64,000 nt of DNA from Candidatus Bathyarchaeales archaeon (lineage in GTDB: Archaea > Thermoproteota > Bathyarchaeia > Bathyarchaeales > Bathycorpusculaceae): the NCBI GenBank assembly GCA_049700035.1, contig JBNAWC010000002.1:6847-70846 (forward strand). The letters are read 5' to 3'. The notes under the pieces are model-generated. The model was not told where the DNA came from. It saw nothing but the letters and a program-made list of their open reading frames with translations, and made no database searches. Numbering within the stretch: the first letter of the stretch is position 1; the number at the start of each line of letters is the position of its first letter. The translations under genes and the position numbers were made by a program. Positions 9,138-18,194 of this stretch are shown one piece after another.

Positions 9138-9184
9138 GCGCTTTTATTACCGCTTTAAACTATAAATTGAATTGGGGTGGAACA

Positions 9185-9385
9185 ATGGTTAGCGAAGGAA
9201 GAGGTAGACTGTTCAGAAGGAAGGATGGAAAATACTTAATTTACATACCGAAAGACTTGGCAGAGGACAGCATGTTTCCATTTAAAGGCGCAGACTCCGT
9301 ATTCGTGAAAGTAAGCTTCAAAGTTGGCGGAGAAGAAAAACTCATCATAGAACGCTGGAAGGAGCCGCTGCCGCAAAAGCAATAA
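9185..9385 (+). CDS. small hypothetical protein, possibly AbrB/SpoVT-like swapped-hairpin fold
   Basis: 66 aa from ATG 9185 (SD GGGGTGG upstream). GKYLIYIPKDLAEDSMFPF resembles the AbrB/MazE 'xIxIPKxl' strand-turn pattern. Weak. Confidence 0.4.
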   Translation: MVSEGRGRLFRRKDGKYLIYIPKDLAEDSMFPFKGADSVFVKVSFKVGGEEKLIIERWKEPLPQKQ

Positions 9386-9487
9386 GCGCGTTTTTCCATC
9401 GTTTAGTGTTTTTATCCCCATTTCCTATTTTTAATCACGAAAAATATAAGCACAAACGATTCTAGGTATAGGCAAGGCGAAAAGCAG

Positions 9488-10123
9488 ATGAGTTCATTAA
9501 AGACCGTTTTAGAGGAAATACGTAAAGAACTGAAGGAGAAGGAGAAAATTCGAGAAAACGCCCAGAACAACATGCGAAAGGCAACAAGCCTTTCGAAACA
9601 GGCAATACTTCTAATACATCAAAAAAGATTAAAAGAAGCGAAAAAACTCATTAAAAAGGCAAAGGAAACCATTTCAGAGCTTAAAACTGCTTGCGCCGAC
9701 CACCCAGACATAATTTATAGTGGGCTATATGACGCGGCGCTTCAAGAATATTCCGAAGCAAACATATTTCTCAAACTAGTAGAAGAAGAACGCTTTGTAA
9801 CACCGAAAGAAATCGGCGTGCCCTCCGTAGACTATGTTCTGGGACTAGCAGACGTTATAGGAGAGTATAGGCGTTTGGCACTTGATGCATTGCGAGAAGG
9901 CGACGTACAAAAAAGCGAAAAATGCCTAAATGTAATGGATGAAATCTACATTGAGCTTATGGCAATGAACGAAGCGTACATGCTTGTTCCAGGCTTGCGG
10001 AGAAAATGCGATACTGCAAGGAAAATAATTGAGGTTACACGGGGCGATGTAACCCAAGAGGTTAGGAGAAGCACATTAGAAAAGTACCTTAAGGGTTTAG
10101 AGCGCCATTTAAGGAAAAAGTGA
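9488..10123 (+). CDS. translin family protein (archaeal C3PO/TRAX-like nuclease)
   Basis: All-helical 211-aa protein. VDYVLGLADVIGEYRRLALDAL is the translin-family signature. Acidic ExxE (QEYSEA) and DxxxE (ADVIGE) motifs are present. Confidence 0.75.
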   Translation: MSSLKTVLEEIRKELKEKEKIRENAQNNMRKATSLSKQAILLIHQKRLKEAKKLIKKAKETISELKTACADHPDIIYSGLYDAALQEYSEANIFLKLVEEERFVTPKEIGVPSVDYVLGLADVIGEYRRLALDALREGDVQKSEKCLNVMDEIYIELMAMNEAYMLVPGLRRKCDTARKIIEVTRGDVTQEVRRSTLEKYLKGLERHLRKK

Positions 10124-10126
10124 GTC

Positions 10127-10801
10127 ATGAGTGGAGTGCCTAAGAATTTTTCTGTCTGGAAGGCTCATGAAACCCAGATTCGTCTATCAAAAAAGATAGT
10201 TTTCGAGGATAAGTTGCCGAAGAAAATACGTTATGTTGCTGGCGTTGACGTGGCATATGCGAAAAATTTGTCAATAGGCGCCGTTGCAGTTTTGGATTAT
10301 GACACGCTTAGGCTTTTAGAATGTAAAACTGCCGTTTGTGAGACGCGTTTTCCATATATGCCAACGCTCTTGTCATTTAGAGAAGTTCCGCCAGCAGTCT
10401 CATGCATAAAAAAGTTGCAAATTCAGCCCGACGTTTTCCTTGTTGACGGACATGGCTTTGCTCATCCCTACCGCTGTGGATTTGCAAGCCACTTGGGATT
10501 AGTTTTGGGAAAACCAACAATCGGTGTGGCAAAAGGCAGATTGTGCGGAGAAGAAGAACATGCTCATGGAGAACCCATCACCTTTCTTAAACACGACGGC
10601 AAAATTATCGGTGCTGCAGTGACAACGAAGAGCGGGTGTAAACCTGTTTACGTGAGTGTGGGACATATGGTTTCGCTGGAAACTGCCGTTAAAATTGTTC
10701 AGCACTGCACAGTGACAAACAGAATTCCAGAGCCAATTTTGAGGGCACATGAAGCAGCAACCGCGGAAAAACGAAAAATCAATATGCGCAGCGGCTCTTA
10801 A
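10127..10801 (+). CDS. nfi: endonuclease V
   Basis: VAGVDVAY, LSFREVPP, and VDGHGFAHPYRCGFASHLGLVLGKPTIGVAK. Starts 4 nt after the translin stop. Confidence 0.9.
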   Translation: MSGVPKNFSVWKAHETQIRLSKKIVFEDKLPKKIRYVAGVDVAYAKNLSIGAVAVLDYDTLRLLECKTAVCETRFPYMPTLLSFREVPPAVSCIKKLQIQPDVFLVDGHGFAHPYRCGFASHLGLVLGKPTIGVAKGRLCGEEEHAHGEPITFLKHDGKIIGAAVTTKSGCKPVYVSVGHMVSLETAVKIVQHCTVTNRIPEPILRAHEAATAEKRKINMRSGS

Positions 10802-10839
10802 CAAGTGGCAAGTGAGAAGGCTTGCTTAACCCAAAGATT

Positions 10840-11544
10840 ATGGCAGTAGCCAACAAGATTCACGATGAAAAGCTGCGGAAAAAGGTTGTCGAATTTCTGG
10901 AAAATCCAACATTTGAAGTTGGCGGAAAAACTTATTCAGGCATATCCCTTGATATTTCACCCGCTGGTTTGTCACACCATCACTGTTATGCTGGAGGCTA
11001 CGTTGAACATGTCGTTTCAACAGCCAAAATAGCGCTCACGATATGCAACTGCGTAGAAAAAGTTTACCATGGAAAAGTAAACCGCGACTTCGTATTGGCT
11101 GGAGTGCTACTTCACGACATTTTAAAGCCTTTAACATATGTGATGAAGGAAAATGGAAGCTACGCGACGACAAGCTTAGCGGATTACATGGACCACTTAT
11201 CAATGGTAATCGCCGAACTTGTCCGAAGAAAGTTTCCAATAGAAGTGGTTCACGTAGTTTCAGCCCACCACGGCGAATACGGACCAATTAGACCGCACAC
11301 TATAGAGGCTTTAATCTGCCACCTAGCAGATTTAATCGATTCACGGTTAAACGGAGAAGTGCTAAACGCCGCAGCTTACCTAGCGAGAAAAGCCACTGGA
11401 GAAGAATTAACGGGACTAACATCAAAGGAAGCTTTTGAAATAATCCATTCAAAGGCAACTGAGGGCTGGAACGGCGTGGCAAAAACCGTGGAAAAGCTGA
11501 AACGCAAAAGGAAAGTCGCAAAACTTAATAGCCAACACCATTGA
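10840..11544 (+). CDS. HD-domain metal-dependent phosphohydrolase (MptB-like cyclic-phosphate phosphodiesterase / YhaM-type HD domain)
   Basis: PAGLSHHHCYAGGYVEHVVS, LLHDILKP, and SAHHGEYGP...LADLIDSRL. ATG at 10840 is preferred over TTG at 10822. Confidence 0.6.
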   Translation: MAVANKIHDEKLRKKVVEFLENPTFEVGGKTYSGISLDISPAGLSHHHCYAGGYVEHVVSTAKIALTICNCVEKVYHGKVNRDFVLAGVLLHDILKPLTYVMKENGSYATTSLADYMDHLSMVIAELVRRKFPIEVVHVVSAHHGEYGPIRPHTIEALICHLADLIDSRLNGEVLNAAAYLARKATGEELTGLTSKEAFEIIHSKATEGWNGVAKTVEKLKRKRKVAKLNSQHH

Positions 11545-11562
11545 AAAGTGTGAGAAAGGACG

Positions 11563-11898
11563 GTGAACAAAGTGGAGATATCGTTTGAGGAATTCCAAAA
11601 ACTGGACATGCGCATTGGAAAAATTTTGGAGGCAAACCAAATTCCAGGTTCACGGAACTTAATTAGGATGGTTGTGGATTTTGGAACAGAAAAGCGGCAA
11701 GCAGTTGCCGGCTTACTTCAATGGTACAAGCCCCAAGACCTAGTGGGCAAGAAATGCGCTTTCATACTGAACCTTCAAAGAAGGAAGTTTATGGGCGTGG
11801 AGTCGCAGTGCATGATTTTAGCTGCAGAAGACGAAAAGGGCAACGTGGTAGTGCTCCATCCAGAAAAGGATATAGCTGAAGGCAGCAAAATCCATTAA
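11563..11898 (+). CDS. tRNA-binding domain protein (Trbp111/CsaA/EMAP-II-like OB fold)
   Basis: FQKLDMRIGKILEANQIPGSRNLIRMVVDFG...VAGLLQWYKPQDLVGKKCAFILNLQRRKFMGVESQCMILAAED. GTG start. Confidence 0.8.
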   Translation: MNKVEISFEEFQKLDMRIGKILEANQIPGSRNLIRMVVDFGTEKRQAVAGLLQWYKPQDLVGKKCAFILNLQRRKFMGVESQCMILAAEDEKGNVVVLHPEKDIAEGSKIH

Positions 11899-11988
11899 AA
11901 TTCAGACTTCAAACACTTTTCTGACTCGATATTGTTAAATATTACTGTGTCAAAAAATATTGAGTCGTTTGTAAAAGGACGGAAAAAT

Positions 11989-14403
11989 ATGAAAGAGAAA
12001 TTAAGCAAAAAGCTTGTGGGACTTTTGATTGCCGCAACACTGCTTACGGCTTTTATGCCAAATTTGGCATATGCAACAGGTGGACTTGAGTTGGAAACAA
12101 GCTATTCATGGACAACTGGTGACAATAATTATTCAAACGCTGTTGCTGCAGGAGATATCGATGATGATGGCGTAAAGGAAATAGTTACCGCGGGATACTT
12201 CTATAATTCAACAGCAAGTGCTTATGATGGTGAATTAGATATTTGGAATTGGAACGGTTCAACTTTAACCTCTGAATATAAAAAACATCTCAGCACAGAT
12301 GAGACACTTTCAAACAATACACGCCTTAACTCCGTGGCATTAAGCAATATTGACAATGAAACAGACACAGAAATCATCACTGCTGGGCGAGGGAACTTCT
12401 TGTTTATAATATCGCTTTTCCCACTCAAAATAGCTTTTCAAGAACAAGGAGCTTTATTCATAAGCAACTGGAACGGTTCAACATTCACCACAAAACATTT
12501 TGCAGTATGGCCAGGTGATCACACTAAAAAGGCAGAATTTTTGGACGTAGCCGTCGGCGACATAGATAAAGATGATGTCACTGAAATAGTCGCTGTTGGC
12601 AAAGTAAACATGACAAGTGATAGTGTAACTGGTTTTCACGGAGTCTTAACCATATGGAGCGTGAATGATAGCGGCGTCTTAACGCTTGAAAAAAGTTTTA
12701 CCAAAATCATCACTCAAGGAGAGAACATCTGGCGCGCAGTATCCATAAGCGACGTGGACAATGATGGAGAATTGGAAATAGTCATAGTTGGCGATTATTA
12801 CAACACAAACATAAACCGCAGATGCTCCATAATACGCATATGCACATGGGATGGTTCGACGCTAAAATGGGAAGCAAGTTCAGAATGGTACACTTACAGC
12901 GACACATACATCACCGATGTTGCAGTTAGCGACATAGACCTAGATGGAATACCAGAAATCATAACAAGCGGATACTGCTTTACCAGCGAGACCATAAATG
13001 TCCAGCTTAGAGTGTGGACTTGGAACAAGGATGTTTTGACATTAAAACTTAGCATAGAAGAAGGCTTAGTGGAACCGCCAATCCCAACATTTGCAACAAA
13101 ACTTGCAGTAAGCGACATTGACGCTGATGGCAAAAACGAAATAATACTAGGAATAGACGCTTTTCTAATATTTTGGACACAAGCGTATATTCGAATACTT
13201 GCTTGGGAAAACGGAACGTTAATCACAAAGGAGCACAGGGATTGGACAAGCGTATCTTCAATCCAAGATATCACAACAAGCGACGTAGACGACGACGGAA
13301 AAGTCGAAATATTGACAGCTGGGTACACTGCAGGTTTGATGACGCTTCCCAGCGCAAATCTCGGTATATGGAGCGTAAGTAAAGTCGCCAGTTCGATAAC
13401 CGTGAATGTAAGTCCGTCAAGCATTGTTATAGGTAGTCAAGTTACAATAAGCGGCAAAGTGACAAATGAAACAGGCGACACGCCAATACCAAATGCTGAA
13501 GTGACAATAGAATTTTCACGTGAACCCTTACCACTTCTGGTAACGATAGGCAAGGTTGTAACGAATGAAAATGGAGAATACACCTTTACGTGGACCCCGC
13601 CGGCAGCTGGAAACTACATAATCCGTGTAAGCTGGAAAGGCGACTATGAACATGAGGCTGCAGCCGCAACAACCACATTAACGGTTGAAAAGGCTTCAAG
13701 TCTAATAGCCCTAACGCTTTCAAGCTACACAGCAACAGTCGGAGACAGCGTAAGCGTAAGCGGCACACTTTATCCAGCCAAAACAGCGGCAATAACCATC
13801 AAATACACAAAGCCAGACAGTTCAATAACCACAAAAACTGTTTACTCAAACCAAGCTGGAGTTTTCACCGACACATTCACGGCAGACCAAGTTGGACAAT
13901 GGCAAGTAACAGCAAGCTGGAGCGGCGACGACACATACAAAGCAGCTGAAAGCGCACCAACACCGTTAACAGTAACAAAAATACAAAGCACATTAGCAGT
14001 AACCGCATCGCAGTTAACAGTCAACGTAGGCGAAAACATAACAATAGACGGAGCGCTGACGCCCGGGCAAACCGCGAACATAACCCTCACATACACAATG
14101 CCAAACGGCACAACCACAACAAAAACCGTTCAATCAACAAGCACTGGAACATTCACGGACACAATTAAACTTGATACCGCTGGCATATGGCAAGTAAAAG
14201 CAAGCTGGACTGGCGACACACAAAACACCGCAGCCGAAAGCACAACAATAACACTAACGGCTCAAGCAGTCGACACCACAACACCCATGTTTGCGCTAGG
14301 CGGTTTAGGACTCGGCATAATAGCACTAATTTTGGCGGCAGTGGCACTTATTATCCCCTCTAAAAAACCAAAAACAACTTCACTAACACAACAATCAACA
14401 TAA
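11989..14403 (+). CDS. secreted FG-GAP/VCBS seven-repeat beta-propeller protein with three Ig-like repeats and a C-terminal membrane anchor
   Basis: Signal peptide MKEKLSKKLVGLLIAATLLTAFMPNLAYA from ATG 11989. Seven D-x-D-x-D-G-x-x-E-I repeats (GDIDDDGVKEIV ... SDVDDDGKVEIL). C-terminal TPMFALGGLGLGIIALILAAVALIIPSKKPK. Confidence 0.8.
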   Translation: MKEKLSKKLVGLLIAATLLTAFMPNLAYATGGLELETSYSWTTGDNNYSNAVAAGDIDDDGVKEIVTAGYFYNSTASAYDGELDIWNWNGSTLTSEYKKHLSTDETLSNNTRLNSVALSNIDNETDTEIITAGRGNFLFIISLFPLKIAFQEQGALFISNWNGSTFTTKHFAVWPGDHTKKAEFLDVAVGDIDKDDVTEIVAVGKVNMTSDSVTGFHGVLTIWSVNDSGVLTLEKSFTKIITQGENIWRAVSISDVDNDGELEIVIVGDYYNTNINRRCSIIRICTWDGSTLKWEASSEWYTYSDTYITDVAVSDIDLDGIPEIITSGYCFTSETINVQLRVWTWNKDVLTLKLSIEEGLVEPPIPTFATKLAVSDIDADGKNEIILGIDAFLIFWTQAYIRILAWENGTLITKEHRDWTSVSSIQDITTSDVDDDGKVEILTAGYTAGLMTLPSANLGIWSVSKVASSITVNVSPSSIVIGSQVTISGKVTNETGDTPIPNAEVTIEFSREPLPLLVTIGKVVTNENGEYTFTWTPPAAGNYIIRVSWKGDYEHEAAAATTTLTVEKASSLIALTLSSYTATVGDSVSVSGTLYPAKTAAITIKYTKPDSSITTKTVYSNQAGVFTDTFTADQVGQWQVTASWSGDDTYKAAESAPTPLTVTKIQSTLAVTASQLTVNVGENITIDGALTPGQTANITLTYTMPNGTTTTKTVQSTSTGTFTDTIKLDTAGIWQVKASWTGDTQNTAAESTTITLTAQAVDTTTPMFALGGLGLGIIALILAAVALIIPSKKPKTTSLTQQST
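13384..14265 (+). repeat. three tandem ~95-aa Ig-like domain repeats inside the FG-GAP protein gene
   Basis: Each unit ends with W-x-G-D...A-x-S...LTV: IIRVSWKGDYEHEAAAATTTLTVEK, QVTASWSGDDTYKAAESAPTPLTVTK, and QVKASWTGDTQNTAAESTTITLTAQ. Approximate unit borders are 13692/13693 and 13977/13978. Confidence 0.7.
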
Positions 14404-14440
14404 AACTGAAACGTCCCAATTTTCCACCTTCTTTTTCTAG

Positions 14441-15700
14441 CTAACCTACAAGTTTGGCGATGGCATCCGCCTTTTTCTTGTCCTCCGCCAAATACTCAAT
14501 CATTTCCAAGTCCAAGTCAAGCCATTTCGCAAGCCCAGCAGCCACATCAACATTATTCTTAAATATTATCCTAAGGTATGGGAGGATTTCTTTTGACGCC
14601 CTGTTGGCGGATATGTGGCATTTACGCTTGATTTTTTGCCCTATGCTCAGTTGAATTGCACGCTCAGCCTTAGACCTAGACAACATTTGTATGCGCGTTG
14701 GAAACTTGAATGGAACGAACCCATGAGTCTTCGTGTTCTGCCTAGCCATTGCAACTCCAGCAGTCATGTAATCAATAACGTAGCGAGTTAAACTCCAATC
14801 TTGCGTGGAGCGAATTCTACCCCTATAAACATCTGCCATCGAAAGCGCGTCCATAGCCCTCGCCAAATCATGAGGGTTAGTTAAATGCGCTGGAACGTTC
14901 TCATAAATCCACTCGAAAAGCATGTCAATGTCAACGTCAGCCATGTCAACCGCTTGCTTTGCACTGTTGCATGTGCGCGCATAAATTATCATCCGCAAAA
15001 CATTAAAAATCGTGTCTTGCCTATCCCTATAACCAAGCCAAGAAACATCCTCATACGTTAGCCTCTTCCTACCTTGAGCCAAAGCTTGAAGATCATTAAC
15101 CGCTGAGCGAACATCACCACTTGAGCGCTGGGCAATAAACTTTAAAGCATCCTCATCAGCTTGTATCCCCTCGCGGAGACATATACGTTTCAAATGCTTC
15201 ACGACTTCGCTTGCTGGCGGCTTCTTAAACTCTATTAGCAAGCAGTAGTTACGGAGGTTAGCAAATCTTGGGTCATAAGCGTTATTTGCAATCAGAACTA
15301 TTGGGCACTGGGCAACTTTAACAATGTCCGTTATCGCTTTAACACCGCCCTTATCAGCTGTTCCAGTAAGCCCGTCAAGCTCATCCAAAAGTATTATTCT
15401 TCTACCACCGAAAAGCGAGCCATACTGCGAAGCCAAACCAGCAAAACGGTTAATCGCCTCCTCAGTCCTATAATCGCTTGCGTTTTTCTCAACAAGCTCC
15501 ATTTTAAAGTCAGCCGCAAGAGCCTCAACAGTAACAGTTTTCCCAACACCAGGAGGACCAAAGATGAAGGCTGCACGCTTTTTTGGCGTTCCCTTGTCCC
15601 AAGATTTTATCCATTCGACGAACGTTTGAATAGCCTCTTTGTTTCCAATAATTTCATCTAGGGATTTTGGCTTGTGCTTAACAGTCCAAGCGGCGTACAA
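14441..15700 (-). CDS. rfcL: replication factor C large subunit
   Basis: WTVKHKPKSLDEIIGN and Walker A GPPGVGKT, with the RFC-large C-terminal region. TTG start. Confidence 0.9.
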   Translation of the reverse strand: MYAAWTVKHKPKSLDEIIGNKEAIQTFVEWIKSWDKGTPKKRAAFIFGPPGVGKTVTVEALAADFKMELVEKNASDYRTEEAINRFAGLASQYGSLFGGRRIILLDELDGLTGTADKGGVKAITDIVKVAQCPIVLIANNAYDPRFANLRNYCLLIEFKKPPASEVVKHLKRICLREGIQADEDALKFIAQRSSGDVRSAVNDLQALAQGRKRLTYEDVSWLGYRDRQDTIFNVLRMIIYARTCNSAKQAVDMADVDIDMLFEWIYENVPAHLTNPHDLARAMDALSMADVYRGRIRSTQDWSLTRYVIDYMTAGVAMARQNTKTHGFVPFKFPTRIQMLSRSKAERAIQLSIGQKIKRKCHISANRASKEILPYLRIIFKNNVDVAAGLAKWLDLDLEMIEYLAEDKKKADAIAKLVG

Positions 15701-15711
15701 ACGTTTTGCAC

Positions 15712-16692
15712 CTAACTTGCCTTTTTAATTTCGTAGCCAGCCTCCACAAGCCTCGCTAACAAGGCGCTTAGCTGAACCTCCTCGTCTGCGCCCTCAACAA
15801 GCCTATAATCTATATCGCCGACAATGTCAGCCAACTTTATCTTCCACGGCTCTGGAATATTCGCCCTAAAAATTTCAGTGTGAATCTGCCTAATTATGTC
15901 GCTTCCAGCCACGCCATACTTCTGAATCATGTCACGCAACTGTTTTCTGGCTTCCAAAAAGTTGCCATTAATCGCAGTTTCTATCATCTTCTGCACATCC
16001 GCTGGATGAGCCCTACCAGCAATAGAATAAACAACCTTCGCGTCCACAGGCCTATTCAGCGAAGCGGCAGCTTGAAGCGTGTTTATCGCCTTTCGCAAAT
16101 CGCCACCGCAGACCTCAAAGATTGCATCTAACCCGTCCTTCAAAAGCTTGACGCCCTCTTTTTCAGCTATGTACTTAAGGTATTTGTCATGCTCTTCTCT
16201 TGGTAAAAACGTGAACCGAAACGGAGCGCAACGCGACTGGATGGGTTCAATTATTTTTCCGCTGTAGTTAGCGCATAAAATGAAACGGCATGTTTCAGTA
16301 TACCGTTCCATAGTCCGCCTTAAAGCTTGCTGCGCATCAGCAGTCATGTTATCCGCTTCGTCCAAAATCATAAGCTTAAAGGGAATTTCACCAATAGACC
16401 TTACACGAGCAAACGTTTTGACTGTTTCCCTAACAACATCTATGCCTCTCTCGTCGCTTGCATTCAACTCCATAATATGCTCGCGATAGGCATCGCCATA
16501 CAAGTCCCTAGCCAAACAAAGCGCAGCAGTAGTCTTTCCAGTTCCAGGCGGCCCAGCGAAGATGCAATGCGGCACATTTTTGGATTTAACGAAACTCTTG
16601 AGTCGCTCAACTATCTCCTTCTGGTTAACCATTTCATCCAGCGTTTTTGGTCTATATTTTTCAGCCCACATTTCAAAACTCAAAGTTTCCAC
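15712..16692 (-). CDS. rfcS: replication factor C small subunit
   Basis: WAEKYRPKTLDEMVNQ, GPPGTGKT, DEADNM, and SRC motif (IQSRCAPFRF). GTG at 16692; alternative ATG at 16671. Confidence 0.92.
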   Translation of the reverse strand: METLSFEMWAEKYRPKTLDEMVNQKEIVERLKSFVKSKNVPHCIFAGPPGTGKTTAALCLARDLYGDAYREHIMELNASDERGIDVVRETVKTFARVRSIGEIPFKLMILDEADNMTADAQQALRRTMERYTETCRFILCANYSGKIIEPIQSRCAPFRFTFLPREEHDKYLKYIAEKEGVKLLKDGLDAIFEVCGGDLRKAINTLQAAASLNRPVDAKVVYSIAGRAHPADVQKMIETAINGNFLEARKQLRDMIQKYGVAGSDIIRQIHTEIFRANIPEPWKIKLADIVGDIDYRLVEGADEEVQLSALLARLVEAGYEIKKAS

Positions 16693-16746
16693 TCCTCTTC
16701 AAACATATTTAATGAAACTGTTAATAAACCTATCAAAGGAAAGCAT

Positions 16747-18192
16747 TTACGTGGATATCACGATTTTGTCGATGATTAGTGATGGACACATTGAGTTTCC
16801 AAAGGTTTTCAAGTCGCTTCCAACGGTAATAACGTTATTTAACGCCTCATACAAGTTCCCAGCCACAGTGCAGGGCTTGATTGGAAACGCGATTTCTCCA
16901 TTCTCAATTTTGAATGCATTATCAGCAGTTACCGAGAAATCACCAGTCACCACGTTTGAGTGAAAAGCGCCAATAAGTGAACCCTTCACCAGCACGCCCT
17001 CTTTTAGTTCCCTTATTAGGTCTTGCAAACCGCCTTTATTAGGCTGCAATATGAGGTTTGAGGGACTTATGGCTGGCTGATTAGCGTAAGCAGCAGTTAC
17101 ACGTCCCATTCTGCTGGCATTTCCCGTACTTTCTATTTTTTCACGCTTCGCAGTGTAATTATCATACAGAAAACTGGTCAATACGCCTTTTTCGATAACT
17201 GGGGTTTTCTGTTTTGGAACCCCTTCATCGTCGAACTTGCTTGTGCCAAAGCCGTCTGGCAGTGTTCCATCATCGACTATGGTGATTGCGTCGTTTGCTA
17301 CTTGACTTTTCAGTTTGCCTTTATAGATTGAACGGTTTTCTTGAACATTGAAGGCTGAAATTCCAAAAGTGAAGATTGCAGAGAAAAGCTCGTTCCAACT
17401 TTGGTTTTCGAAAACAACCGGACCGACGTACTTTTGAGGCAACGGTTTCTTCCCAAAATTTTCAACAGTCCTTTTTGAAGCATTAAGTGCGATGGGTCTT
17501 AAGTTCTCTGTGTAAGATCTGGACATTAAGAAGTCGCCACTTGACACTTCTGTGCCAGATTTAGCTTTGGCATAGAAATAGGCTATAAAAGCGGTGCCAT
17601 TATCAGAAGCTTCTACGCCATTCGTGTTAACTATAACCCTTGTAATGGAATTTGTGGAGATGGAACCCATAGCTTGAGTTATTCGTTTATCAAAGTCTCC
17701 CATGGCTACGCAACCATCAACACACAATTCTAAAAGTTTCTCAACGCCCACATCAGCTATTCTCTTATCAAAAATTCCGCCTTCTCCATGTGGCTTCTTC
17801 ATTTCGGGCAAGGATACCCAGTTTGGGTCTGGCGGCCTAATTTTCGCTATTTTTGTAGCTTCCTCAACTGCTCCTAAAACTTTTTTCTCTTCAATGCTTG
17901 ACACACTGGAAAAGCCCATTGCATTATTAACGACAGCCCTAACTCCGACGCCAGCTTTAATTCCACCAGTTATTTTTGGTATCCCCTTCTTTTTTATCCA
18001 AGGTTCTGCGATTCGCACAAGTGTTCCTTTAAATCCTCTTAGGGCGCCGCTTCTCGAGGCAAATATTCCGCCAACAAACTGAACAGCTAACTGTTTCTCA
18101 AAGTAAAGGAAAATTTCCGCTTCGTCTGTCCCCAATTTTTGAGCATAGCTTGAAGCCTTTTTGCCTATTTCCAGCAGTTCATGTTCGCTCAA
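16747..18192 (-). CDS. pmbA: TldE/PmbA family metalloprotease subunit (no HExxxH)
   Basis: PmbA/TldD-family length and C-terminal GxC...G motifs (VTGDFSVTADNAFKIENGEI). Immediately downstream of tldD with a 2-nt gap. Confidence 0.8.
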   Translation of the reverse strand: MSEHELLEIGKKASSYAQKLGTDEAEIFLYFEKQLAVQFVGGIFASRSGALRGFKGTLVRIAEPWIKKKGIPKITGGIKAGVGVRAVVNNAMGFSSVSSIEEKKVLGAVEEATKIAKIRPPDPNWVSLPEMKKPHGEGGIFDKRIADVGVEKLLELCVDGCVAMGDFDKRITQAMGSISTNSITRVIVNTNGVEASDNGTAFIAYFYAKAKSGTEVSSGDFLMSRSYTENLRPIALNASKRTVENFGKKPLPQKYVGPVVFENQSWNELFSAIFTFGISAFNVQENRSIYKGKLKSQVANDAITIVDDGTLPDGFGTSKFDDEGVPKQKTPVIEKGVLTSFLYDNYTAKREKIESTGNASRMGRVTAAYANQPAISPSNLILQPNKGGLQDLIRELKEGVLVKGSLIGAFHSNVVTGDFSVTADNAFKIENGEIAFPIKPCTVAGNLYEALNNVITVGSDLKTFGNSMCPSLIIDKIVIST

Positions 18193-18194
18193 GA

